Source: Candidatus Berkelbacteria bacterium (lineage in GTDB: Bacteria > Patescibacteriota > UBA1384 > JACPKC01). From it: a stretch of 64,000 nt of DNA. The notes under the pieces were generated by a model, which saw only the letters and a list, made by a program, of their open reading frames with translations, was not told the DNA's origin and searched no databases. Location: the NCBI GenBank assembly GCA_016187225.1, contig JACPKC010000007.1, forward strand, positions 7,654-71,653. The letters are read 5' to 3'. Made by a program: the position numbers and the translations under genes. Shown piece after piece: positions 47,544 through 56,567 of the stretch (the stretch's first letter is position 1; each line of letters begins with the position of its first letter).

Positions 47544-48587
47544 ATGCGCGAACCAAGCTTTCTCCAATCGAGTGAGTGGGAAGAATTTCAGCGCCGCCTC
47601 GGTGTCGCGACGCAACGCATCGGGGGGGCGCTGATTGTAGAACGCGCAACGCCTCTCGGGCGTTATTGGTATCTCGCGCGCGCCCGCCTGACCGCCGAAC
47701 TCTTAACAGAAATCCATGCCCAAGCTAAAAAAAACGGCGGCCTTTTTATTCGCATCGACCCGCAGGAAAAATTATCAATCAGTAATTATCAAATCTCGAC
47801 GACTCTCCCGACCCAACCCCAAGATACTCTCGTCCTCGACCTTACGCCAAGCGTCAACGAGCTCTTCAAAAATTTTCACGAAAAAACTCGTTACAATATT
47901 CGCTTGGCCGAACGCAAAGGAATCACTGTCACCCGGGCTTCCACATCAAACTCGAAGGAGCTCTCTGCTTTTTTAGCGCTCTCAAATAAAACGAGTCAAC
48001 GCCAGAACTTTCACTATCATTCAACTCATTACTATCAGATCTTGCTCCGCGTTCTCGGATCAAACGAAACGCCTCTCAACGCGTGTCTGTCGGCTGGCAA
48101 GGCGAGGTTGACGGTTAACGCCTGGACTGCCTGGCGCTACGATCAGCCGGTTGCCGCCATCCTTACTCTTGCCGACGCTCAAACTAAACAGAGCTATTAT
48201 CTTCACGGCGCCTCTGATCACACCGCGCGCACCCTGATGGCGCCCCACTTGCTTCAGTGGGTTGCAATCCAGAAAGCCAAAGAACTCGGTTGCGCCACTT
48301 ACGATTTTTGGGGCATCGCGCCTCCGAAAAGCGTTGCCGTCATTGCGAAGAATCGAGAGCGACGAATTTCATGTCATTGCGAAGAATCGAGAGCGACGCA
48401 ACAATCTGATTCATGCGCATTTGACCCAGCTCACCCGTGGGCGGGAATCACCCGCTTCAAACTCGGCTTTGGCGGCGAAGTTGTACACTACCCAGATTCA
48501 GTCGACCTCGTGCTTTCGCCCGCGCCCTATACACTTTATAAGCTTCTGCGTCCCATCGGCCGAGCGTTAAGATACATGCTATACTAA
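47544..48587 (+). CDS. FemABX/MurM-family peptidoglycan bridge aminoacyltransferase
   Basis: FLQSSEW, KTRYNIRLAERKG, YLHGAS, LLQW, YDFWGI, GITRFKLGFGG. Confidence 0.9.
   Translation: MREPSFLQSSEWEEFQRRLGVATQRIGGALIVERATPLGRYWYLARARLTAELLTEIHAQAKKNGGLFIRIDPQEKLSISNYQISTTLPTQPQDTLVLDLTPSVNELFKNFHEKTRYNIRLAERKGITVTRASTSNSKELSAFLALSNKTSQRQNFHYHSTHYYQILLRVLGSNETPLNACLSAGKARLTVNAWTAWRYDQPVAAILTLADAQTKQSYYLHGASDHTARTLMAPHLLQWVAIQKAKELGCATYDFWGIAPPKSVAVIAKNRERRISCHCEESRATQQSDSCAFDPAHPWAGITRFKLGFGGEVVHYPDSVDLVLSPAPYTLYKLLRPIGRALRYMLY
48339..48407. repeat. Two tandem half-copies of the palindromic repeat inside the FemABX CDS
   Basis: GTCATTGCGAAGAATCGAGAGCGACG at 48339-48364 and 48373-48398. Confidence 0.85.
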
Positions 48588-48626
48588 AAGGACTTTTTCA
48601 CTAATTTTAATCTCTACCGGAGGGGT

Positions 48627-49973
48627 ATGTTTAGGTTATTGATTGATCTGCGCTCAATTTGGAGAAACTTGTCCAAAAGCTTTGTCAGAACTATCCAGGC
48701 TTTTGGGTTATTTTTGCTTATGTCCGGCATTTTCTTAAGCCAAATAGCTTTACCGACCCAATTAGTTCAGGCCGAAACTGCTATCAGCGCCGGCAGTATC
48801 GAAGAGGCTCAACGCCTTGCGACACCTCAAGGGTCTGTAGAATTTTCGAAAACGGTCGATGAAAACAAAAAAACGGTTAAAATTACAGTTAATTTTCGAA
48901 AACCCCAAGCGGGCGACGACATTTCAAAAACGCTTGATGTGACATATAACAATATCGTTGTTGCCGCTTATCATTTTTCAAGTTACAAACTCCTCCTGCA
49001 GGAAAAAAGTGGTAATAATCCTCAATTTCTGCGAGAAGGCGGGCTGGGCGAAGGTCAAATAAATGATCAGACAGCAAATGAAAGAAGTATCTCCAGTATT
49101 CATGATCTTAAATTGCCTTCATCTGGTTCGGAGACATATCGCTATAAGGTGAGCGCTACCTATGTGACTACGTCCAAGATAACTCAAGCTGCGCTTAATC
49201 AGATTACTGACCCATTCATCAGAACCGCCATCAACACGCTTCTGGGTAAAATTCCAGAAAAAATTTTCGGGGAATCGAGTGTTTCTGAAGTCACGCTCTA
49301 TTCAGATGGAACAACGAGCTTGAATGACGCAGAAGGCGACACAAAACCAGTTTTGACTGGCACTGCCAGCTTCGAAAATAACAAAAATCGATACGCCGTC
49401 ACGCTTAATTGGACAGTCGACAAACAACCAGATGACTCACCTCCCTACACTCTTTATCGACGCGTTAAAGAATCGACAGACACTGATTTCAGGAATTGGG
49501 CGTCAGTTTCTTCCCCAAGCGAAACCACCGAAACAGATACCGTTAAAGTCAATCCCGACACTTCTAAAACTGTCGAGTATTCAGTCATGGCTAACTATAC
49601 AGATTCAAGTATTCAATCGAGTCAAAAAACCAGTAATAGCGTCTCTTTTGAACTTAGCGCCGATAAAGACGGCAAACCGGTCGATAAGAACGGCAAGTCG
49701 ATAAAAGGACGGATTCCTGGGGCCAAGGGCGAAACGCCAGACATTACCAAACTCGGCAACCAAGCAAATACCACTGGCGAAAAATCGAGCGGTGTCGGTG
49801 GCGACTGCGATAAGGTGATTGAAAAGATTCAATTTGAAGGTATCAGCGGGCAATTTGCGGAATTTCTTGCTAAACCAATGGCGCAGTTTGCATGTTTACT
49901 TGCCGATCAAGTTTATCAAATGATGCTTAAAATGCCTCTCAAGATTGACGCCTGGATACGCACCACAACATGA
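48627..49973 (+). CDS. Exported Ser/Thr-rich beta-domain protein at the head of the T4SS-like cluster
   Basis: GGAGG RBS, signal-like N-terminus, Cys pair near the C-terminus; ATGA overlap with the next gene. Confidence 0.8.
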   Translation: MFRLLIDLRSIWRNLSKSFVRTIQAFGLFLLMSGIFLSQIALPTQLVQAETAISAGSIEEAQRLATPQGSVEFSKTVDENKKTVKITVNFRKPQAGDDISKTLDVTYNNIVVAAYHFSSYKLLLQEKSGNNPQFLREGGLGEGQINDQTANERSISSIHDLKLPSSGSETYRYKVSATYVTTSKITQAALNQITDPFIRTAINTLLGKIPEKIFGESSVSEVTLYSDGTTSLNDAEGDTKPVLTGTASFENNKNRYAVTLNWTVDKQPDDSPPYTLYRRVKESTDTDFRNWASVSSPSETTETDTVKVNPDTSKTVEYSVMANYTDSSIQSSQKTSNSVSFELSADKDGKPVDKNGKSIKGRIPGAKGETPDITKLGNQANTTGEKSSGVGGDCDKVIEKIQFEGISGQFAEFLAKPMAQFACLLADQVYQMMLKMPLKIDAWIRTTT

Positions 49974-52216
49974 AAAAATTGATCCTCCTCATTTTGGCAA
50001 TCACCGTCCTGACTATTTTAGAACCAAGTCCTGTCTATGCGCTTAATAGTCTTCAAGATCTTATCCGAAAAGAAGATGGCGGCTTGCGTCAGCTCTGGGA
50101 ATTTTCTCGGTCTTTGATCAATTATCTGATGGTGGCGTTCTTAATGATGGTTGCCTTCGCCAACACGCTCCGCATCAACATCGATACCTATGGCGTTAAA
50201 AAGGTTCTGCCTAATCTGATTATCGCCTTTTTGCTGGCTAATTTTAGTTTGTTTTTAGCTCAAATCGTGCTCGATCTCGCTGATTCCTTAACTTGTTCGT
50301 CATATATGATCGCTAGCAAAGAAGCTTGTGGCACGCAAAGCATGAGCCCAGCCGCTTCAGTGATGGTTGATTTTGCCAGAGGAATGGGCGGGGGCTCAAA
50401 AACAGCGGCTGGGATCATTCTTGGCGTTGGTGGGGTAGGAGGACTCGCGGCAGGCGGTCTGGCCGGGGCCTTAATTAGTTTGATTCCGGGAGTGAATTTT
50501 GCCGCCGGCGCCGCCGCTTTGATAGGCGTGGCTCTCGCTTGCGTAATCATATTCTTACTCGCCCTCGTTCCAACTATTTTGATGCTAGTTCTCTGGGCAA
50601 TGTTTATTATCCGTTTTTACTTTCTTCAATTTTTAATTGCCGCCGCGCCCGCCGCCTTTATCCTAATGGCTTTCCCATTCGGAAAAAATATTTTTAATAA
50701 GTGGCTTAATCAATTTCTAACCTGGGCATTTATGAAGCCGATCGCGTTTCTCCTGATGGCGCTCGGGAGTATTATCATCCAGAATCCGCTCGGCGATGCA
50801 ATGGGCTGGGTGGTGAGTTTTTTTGTGGCGGGCGGAGCGATCATCGCCGCAGTGACCGTGCCCTGGAAACTTGGATCAGCGGTCAATAGCATGATAAGCG
50901 GTTTATTGCGTCGGGCTGGCGCCTTTGGCTGGAATAGTACTCGTTTAGGCTTAGCCGGCGTAGGAAGTAAGCTAAAAGATCGCAAAGATTGGGCGGGTAG
51001 GCTTGGTCGAGGTATGAGTGCGACCGCGGGTGTAATGTCGGCTCCAATAGCAATCAAAGAGGTGCTTGACAAAAATCGCCACGATGCCGAACTCGAAGCC
51101 CGAGCCGAAGGCGCGAGCATGATTGGCAACAAAACTTTGCGGCGGCAAGTTGATGACACGCGCATTGCCGAAAAAGCTAAAGAAATTGAAGATAAATCTG
51201 CGCCCGAGCTGGGCGAAATGCTTGGCGAAGCCGCTAAAAGACACGATAAACATCTGGTCCAAGCAATTCTGCAAAAACTCTACAAAGATGGCAATGCAGA
51301 ATTTACTCTCTATGACATGGTTCAGAATAAGATGCTCGATGAAGAAGGCGCCCTGACCGATCTTGCCAAAGAGATTGGTTTGAGCACAGAAGAAATTACG
51401 GATCTTAAAAAGAAGGGCCCAACCGGCAAAGGTTTGAGCAAGCTCACGATGAGCATGCTTGGCGCTCAATTTGAGGATGTTGAGGTAACAGAATATAAGT
51501 TGGACAAGGATGGCAAGTCAACACAAGAAGAAGTTACAAAGACAAAGATTAAGGACAGCGGTGATTTTGTGGCTCGAATGCGTGAACGCCTTGAAGGGAT
51601 TGCGCTTGGCCAAAACCGCACGCATGAATTTGGAACGATTGAACGTGATCCCAAAAAACCCGGCGATCAATTTCTTAGAAGCGATGCCGAGATTGCTAAA
51701 ATAGGCGCAACTATCGGCAAAGATGACCCTCAAGTCATGCTCGCTAAGGCCGAGGGCGACGCGTGGTTGAAACATCGCGGCGAGGAAAAAGGTCTGCAGG
51801 ATACTGTCCTCCAGCGGATCGAGGACGGCAGTATCAACCTTGGCACTTTTGAGCATATCGATCGATTATCTGGCAAGGTGCGCGGTTTGATTAATAGTGA
51901 TCCCAAAGTAGCGGCCGGGGTTCAGAGAGATTTGACTAAAAAATCACAAGAGATGTTGGCGAAATACAATTCTGCTATGAAGACTGGAGACTTTGGAAAA
52001 GCAAAACAACATTATCTGGCTTATGCGACCGCGGAAGTCGCCAAATTAGGCCTGAAATCAGACTACTCGCGCGAAGAAGTGAACGTGGCCCGAAAAAAAT
52101 TTATCGAGAGATCAGATAAAAGATTTGGTTCTTTACTTAAAGAGACGCCTCAATCTCAAGAACCTCCTATACCACTCGGGGGACCCGCAGATCCCAATAA
52201 TATGCCTAACCCATGA
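49970..52216 (+). CDS. VirB6/TrbL-like polytopic membrane protein with long charged C-terminal tail
   Basis: LWEFSRSLIN, YGVKKVLPNLIIAFLLANFSLF, glycine-rich TM stretch, R...L...AP.AF....FP....F.KW pattern; same operon direction as prgI. Confidence 0.7.
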   Translation: MKKLILLILAITVLTILEPSPVYALNSLQDLIRKEDGGLRQLWEFSRSLINYLMVAFLMMVAFANTLRINIDTYGVKKVLPNLIIAFLLANFSLFLAQIVLDLADSLTCSSYMIASKEACGTQSMSPAASVMVDFARGMGGGSKTAAGIILGVGGVGGLAAGGLAGALISLIPGVNFAAGAAALIGVALACVIIFLLALVPTILMLVLWAMFIIRFYFLQFLIAAAPAAFILMAFPFGKNIFNKWLNQFLTWAFMKPIAFLLMALGSIIIQNPLGDAMGWVVSFFVAGGAIIAAVTVPWKLGSAVNSMISGLLRRAGAFGWNSTRLGLAGVGSKLKDRKDWAGRLGRGMSATAGVMSAPIAIKEVLDKNRHDAELEARAEGASMIGNKTLRRQVDDTRIAEKAKEIEDKSAPELGEMLGEAAKRHDKHLVQAILQKLYKDGNAEFTLYDMVQNKMLDEEGALTDLAKEIGLSTEEITDLKKKGPTGKGLSKLTMSMLGAQFEDVEVTEYKLDKDGKSTQEEVTKTKIKDSGDFVARMRERLEGIALGQNRTHEFGTIERDPKKPGDQFLRSDAEIAKIGATIGKDDPQVMLAKAEGDAWLKHRGEEKGLQDTVLQRIEDGSINLGTFEHIDRLSGKVRGLINSDPKVAAGVQRDLTKKSQEMLAKYNSAMKTGDFGKAKQHYLAYATAEVAKLGLKSDYSREEVNVARKKFIERSDKRFGSLLKETPQSQEPPIPLGGPADPNNMPNP

Positions 52217-53313
52217 CGACCGAACCTCAACCCCAAATCACTATCGCGAATTATCAAAAAACGCTTACCCAAGCAGTCGGGCAACTTCGCGAGTTTTTGA
52301 TTCCGCTCAAACGCGGGGAAATAACCTCGATTCCGCTTGATCCTCTCATCGAGCGAGTCACTAAATTTCACAAACGTTTCCAGGCGCGGCTGACAGCCGA
52401 CACAGCTCTGGGCTTGCCAAAAACAGAGATCGCCGAGCATCTCGTGCAAGAAACGGTCTCGCAAATTCATAATTTAACCGCGGTTCTGGATGAGATCCAG
52501 GCGACTCAACCCAAAACAACATCCGCAATCGACCTCCCGCGCGCGGCGCTTCGTTACAACCAACGCGCGGCCGTGTTAACTCAACTCTTAACTTCGAATC
52601 TCCAGTTGCAAAATACAACCGTTCTCAAAGAAGAACATGCCCGAATCGCCGAAGTCAATGCGGTCAGCGCCGAACATGAAACCTGGGTGCCACTGCAAGC
52701 CTTGAGCCAAAAAGGGAGCGAAGACCTTTTGCGTATTATTACTCGCGCGATCCCGGTTGATCCTTTGATCGACGAGGACATCAGCTCGCTTTTGGGAGTG
52801 TTTCTGCGAGGCGCGCATACGGAAACAGCTATCCAACGCCTCGAGACCGGGCAACAATCACTCCGAGGTGATTCTGTCGCGCTTCGCGCCCTGGCGGACT
52901 CGCAACAATTTCGCGATGTTGTGGCCGCCACTTTCGTGCCTTTGTTTTCACGCCTTTTGAAGCAAGAAAAAATCGAAGCCTATGAGGATGAGTTTCGAAA
53001 CGTCTACTTTACGGTGGTTAAGGAAGTTCAGAAGTATTACCAGTATAAGAAGCAAGCACAACCGCCGGCGCCAACTCTGCAAGTGCAGGCCGATGACCAG
53101 CCCAAGCCGACACCAGCGCCAATACCAAGTCAGACAAAGCTCGTGCCCCCGCAGTCTGCACCGCCGGCGCCGCCGAGTCTTCCAAAAACGCCTCAATCTC
53201 CACCATTCTCAATCGAACCCACGACCGCCGAGGTGGTTGGAATCAAGGTCAACCGCAAGGGCCAAGGCAATACGCCAGGCAAACGACCGATCACACCCAT
53301 CCCAACAGAATAA
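52213..53313 (+). CDS. Hypothetical helical protein with Pro-rich C-terminus
   Basis: 366 aa; ATGA overlap with the VirB6-like gene. Confidence 0.8.
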   Translation: MTTEPQPQITIANYQKTLTQAVGQLREFLIPLKRGEITSIPLDPLIERVTKFHKRFQARLTADTALGLPKTEIAEHLVQETVSQIHNLTAVLDEIQATQPKTTSAIDLPRAALRYNQRAAVLTQLLTSNLQLQNTTVLKEEHARIAEVNAVSAEHETWVPLQALSQKGSEDLLRIITRAIPVDPLIDEDISSLLGVFLRGAHTETAIQRLETGQQSLRGDSVALRALADSQQFRDVVAATFVPLFSRLLKQEKIEAYEDEFRNVYFTVVKEVQKYYQYKKQAQPPAPTLQVQADDQPKPTPAPIPSQTKLVPPQSAPPAPPSLPKTPQSPPFSIEPTTAEVVGIKVNRKGQGNTPGKRPITPIPTE

Positions 53314-53372
53314 CTGCCATACACCTACGAGGTGAAAGGAACGAGGTGTCATTTGGATAGTGATTGCGACCG

Positions 53373-53402
53373 TTGACAAATCCCTCCTGTTTATGGTATG
53401 AA
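53373..53402 (+). promoter_or_regulatory. Putative sigma-70 promoter
   Basis: TTGACA-N18-TATGAA with TG just upstream of the -10. Confidence 0.45.
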
Positions 53403-53470
53403 GTCTCGTTTCGCTTGCGATAAACGGGCGGAACAATTTTTGCCCCAAATGGGGCCGGAGGGATTTAACA

Positions 53471-54982
53471 ATGAGGTTTTTTGTTCTGGTGATTTTGGTT
53501 GCTTTTTTTTCTTTTTTGACGGCGGGCGCGGGCTTTGCCCAGGATCCGATGATCCTCTACCCAAACGCCGGGGCGCGTTTTCAGGTCGATCCTGAAAAGC
53601 CCCTAAAGATGTACTTCATGGGCACCGCGCCGGCTGGCGCCGAGTGGGTACGGGTGAAATGGGACGGGCAAAACTTGCCCGGGCTCGTCGACGTGAAGCC
53701 CGATGGAACCTGGCGAGGTTTCGTCTCGCTCGGCTCGCTTGAAAGGCAAAACGGCGCGTATCTTTCGCGCGACAAGGAATTTGTCGCGCAAGCGCTCGAT
53801 GAAAGTCGAACGCGCCAGATCGGCGATCAACGAACCGTCACGGTTGCGGTTGTGCCGGCGCCGGCGCGCATCGAGGTTGATGACCTCGAACGAGAGATGC
53901 GGATGCGCGCCGAGCGCCAACAAGTACCGGCGTGGATCTGGTGGGGTTTGGGCGCCGTGATGATTGTAATTCTCTGGTACCGCTTTTGGCCGCGGTGCCT
54001 CGTTTACGAGGATCCGACACCGCGGTACGCGGCCGGCCACGAGATTAAACTCAACCGGCCGAGCCATAAGGGGCTGTGTTGGGGAGGTTTCGCGGTTGAT
54101 GAGCGAACTCCATTACCGCCTGGCCTCTCCTTTGTGGATGGCCAACTCGGCAACGCCCCGCCCCGAACCTCGGCGTCCGGCATCCTGGCCGGAACGCCAG
54201 GAGCGCCAGCTCCGCCTGCACCAGGAGCGCCAGCAATGGCGGCCGGCACCTACGACGTGCGCATCATCGGCGGGCTTTTTGCCACCACCGGCCCCTGGAG
54301 CTATCTCGGATGGTGCCGAACAACCGTGACTATCACGGTTGAGGCTCAAACGCGGCGCGTCGTGAAATACAACGACGACATCGCCGTGGTTTGGGAGGCC
54401 GGCAAATGGGCAAGTGTCAAGCCCAAGACCGAGCCCAAGGACATGGAATGGCAGTTCGCCATTGTGACCGTTGTGCCACGGGCGCCCTGGCTCGCCGTTA
54501 ATCCAACGACGGGCGAATTGAGCGGCAGGCCACCCGCCCCACCGGTTCCACCCGTGGCAGGAGCGGCGCCCCCGCCAGACACCTGGCAAGTGGTAGTCTG
54601 GGCCACGAACGTGCGGACTCCGATCGGAGTCGTGCCGATCACGGTCACGATCCACGCCCAAGCGCCGGAGGCCCAGACGCGCCAACCGAGCCTCACCTAC
54701 GAAGTGGTGAGAATGGCTTGTCGGCCTGGCCAACTGGTCTCGCCGAACGCGCCGCGACTCGACCCGCCCGGCACGCTGGCAAATGGATACACCATTCTGC
54801 CAGACCTGCCAGGCGGCATGGTCTGCCGGCCAAGTGATGGGATCATTGCCGGCACACCAGGGGCGGAGCGAGACGGCCAGACCTACACGATCCAGGCGTG
54901 GAACGGCCCGGCCTTCGTCGCCCAGGCCGCCGTTTGGATCGAGGTCAAGGCGCCTGGAGCGCCAGCGGGCGGTGGCAAATGA
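53471..54982 (+). CDS. Signal-peptide and TM protein with three putative-Ig (He_PIG-like) repeats
   Basis: GGAGG RBS; LPPGLSF...GILAGTP, PWLAVNPTTGELSGRP, LPGGM...DGIIAGTP; GC-rich. Confidence 0.8.
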   Translation: MRFFVLVILVAFFSFLTAGAGFAQDPMILYPNAGARFQVDPEKPLKMYFMGTAPAGAEWVRVKWDGQNLPGLVDVKPDGTWRGFVSLGSLERQNGAYLSRDKEFVAQALDESRTRQIGDQRTVTVAVVPAPARIEVDDLEREMRMRAERQQVPAWIWWGLGAVMIVILWYRFWPRCLVYEDPTPRYAAGHEIKLNRPSHKGLCWGGFAVDERTPLPPGLSFVDGQLGNAPPRTSASGILAGTPGAPAPPAPGAPAMAAGTYDVRIIGGLFATTGPWSYLGWCRTTVTITVEAQTRRVVKYNDDIAVVWEAGKWASVKPKTEPKDMEWQFAIVTVVPRAPWLAVNPTTGELSGRPPAPPVPPVAGAAPPPDTWQVVVWATNVRTPIGVVPITVTIHAQAPEAQTRQPSLTYEVVRMACRPGQLVSPNAPRLDPPGTLANGYTILPDLPGGMVCRPSDGIIAGTPGAERDGQTYTIQAWNGPAFVAQAAVWIEVKAPGAPAGGGK

Positions 54983-55032
54983 GGTAATCGGTCTCCCGGC
55001 GGCGCCGGCGATGGGCCTTAAATACGACGAGT

Positions 55033-55066
55033 AATGCCCTGGGGTTTGATCCCCAGGGCATTTTTT
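55033..55066 (+). terminator. Intrinsic terminator
   Basis: AATGCCCTGGGG-TTTGAT-CCCCAGGGCATT followed by a T-tract. Confidence 0.9.
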
Positions 55067-55129
55067 ATCTCAAAGAACTTTCTCACTTACTCGAAAAAAA
55101 TACTTTTTCAACGGTCTCCTCATAGAGAC

Positions 55130-55159
55130 TTGACAAAACAGCCTGACTTGTGATTTAAT
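55130..55159 (+). promoter_or_regulatory. Putative sigma-70 promoter
   Basis: TTGACA-N18-TTTAAT with an extended -10 TG. Confidence 0.55.
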
Positions 55160-55181
55160 CTCACGTTTTAACAATTCGGAA

Positions 55182-55293
55182 TCGATGACGACGTAGCCAT
55201 TGTTGGTGAAACGTGAATAGTGAAGCGTTTGATGCTTAATCGCTGACTCTTAACGACTCGCGCTTTACCACCGGATGGGTGCGTCGTCGTCGA
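55182..55293 (+). ncRNA. Candidate structured leader RNA (long rod-like hairpin)
   Basis: 55182-55200 pairs with 55275-55293 (two G-U, one mismatch), enclosing further nested helices containing G-U pairs. Confidence 0.5.
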
Positions 55294-55358
55294 CAAGAAA
55301 TCCCGGCCGGGTTCGGTCGGCGGCGCGCTCCCAAAAAACCAGAAAGGAGGTGGCTCGC

Positions 55359-56111
55359 ATGTTGCGAACCACCGCATTGATCATCACTATTTTTTTCTTT
55401 TTCTCCTCTGCCTTTCCCGTCTGGGCGGAGACCGAGGTCGAGGCTCTGCAGAGCCTCCTCGGAACCGCCACCGCAACCTGGACGAAGGACCAGGGGTGGC
55501 GGGTTACCTTCCCGAAAGGGAAGCAATACCCGGCGGAGGCGGCTCACGCCGTCGAGGCGCTGTTGAATCGGGGAGAGGGACGGGTTGAGAAAGGAAAAAT
55601 CCGCCTCAACCCGAAGGCCGATATCGGCCAGCTCAAGCTGGCGGACGCCCGGCTGGCGTTCGTCCTGCAGGGGGTCGCTCGCGACCTCCGGCAACAAAAC
55701 CTGGAGATGGCGGGGCGGATGGCGGGCGTGGAGACCCGCGCCGACAACCTCGAGGAGTGGCAGAAAAATGTGGCGCCACTCCTCAAGGGAATCGGCCAGC
55801 CGAGCTGGGTGGCGTGGACCGCGCTCGCGGTTGCCATTCTGGCACTGATCGCGGCGCTTTGGAAGCGCCGCTCAACGGTCGAGCCGGCCGAGGAGCAAGA
55901 GGAGCCGGCTCGATCGCCGACTCGGCAACAACCGGCTCCGCCGGCGCGGCCGACTCCGCCGTCCCAGGGGGGACCCAAGCCAACGCTTCCGGCTCGGCCA
56001 GGACCGGCGCCAGCCATCCCCTCCCCAACGCCCGCCGCGCCCCCGGCTCGGCCGGCGCCTCTGCCGGTTCCTAACACGGAGCCGGAGGAGGAAAACGATT
56101 CGGCCGCTTAA
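55359..56111 (+). CDS. Signal peptide, coiled-coil, TM and Pro-rich tail protein
   Basis: AAAGGAGGT RBS before ATG 55359; GC-rich. Confidence 0.8.
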   Translation: MLRTTALIITIFFFFSSAFPVWAETEVEALQSLLGTATATWTKDQGWRVTFPKGKQYPAEAAHAVEALLNRGEGRVEKGKIRLNPKADIGQLKLADARLAFVLQGVARDLRQQNLEMAGRMAGVETRADNLEEWQKNVAPLLKGIGQPSWVAWTALAVAILALIAALWKRRSTVEPAEEQEEPARSPTRQQPAPPARPTPPSQGGPKPTLPARPGPAPAIPSPTPAAPPARPAPLPVPNTEPEEENDSAA

Positions 56112-56128
56112 AAACGGCCGGGGTACCG

Positions 56129-56161
56129 AAGAGAGGTCGTCTCACGACGCCTCTCTTTTTC
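56129..56161 (+). terminator. Intrinsic terminator
   Basis: AAGAGAGG-TCGT-CTC-ACGA-CG-CCTCTCTT followed by Ts. Confidence 0.75.
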
Positions 56162-56201
56162 TTTGCCCCTTTGTTATAATATGAACAATAAAGGAGGGAA
56201 G

Positions 56202-56567
56202 ATGGCAGATCACTTCACCACAAATCCACTTGATCCGGCGGCGTTATTTGAAGAGAATATTTTTGTTCTGCTTGGCTTAAACGATCTACCTGAAGAAAAA
56301 AAGGCGGCTCTGCGCGAACAGATGTTAAGTTCAGTTCGCGACCGCGCTTTGGTTCGCATCTACGATCTCTTGCCCAAAGAAGAACAACAAAAATTCAATG
56401 AGGCACTTGAAAAAGAAGACCAAGAAACCATTCAACAACTTTTGAGTCGCAATAAACTTGACCTGTCTAAATTAATGGTCGAGGAAGCAATTCTTTATAA
56501 ATTGCGCCTAACGCAAGCAAGCGAACAACTTGAGGATGCCGCCCATGCTGAAAAATCAGCCACCTAA
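56202..56567 (+). CDS. Small acidic helical protein (DUF5663-like by recall)
   Basis: AAGGAGG RBS, TATAAT upstream; LGLNDLPEEKK...RIYDLL..EEQ..F. Confidence 0.75.
   Translation: MADHFTTNPLDPAALFEENIFVLLGLNDLPEEKKAALREQMLSSVRDRALVRIYDLLPKEEQQKFNEALEKEDQETIQQLLSRNKLDLSKLMVEEAILYKLRLTQASEQLEDAAHAEKSAT

Noticed and set aside
48339-48398. Possible mini CRISPR array (also 35382-35479)
   Set aside because: Only two units with an 8-bp or zero spacer, no cas genes; explained as tandem duplications.
53314-53360. Small hairpins (CACCT-ACG-AGGTG) as a riboswitch
   Set aside because: Too short, upstream of the predicted promoter and without a recognisable aptamer consensus.
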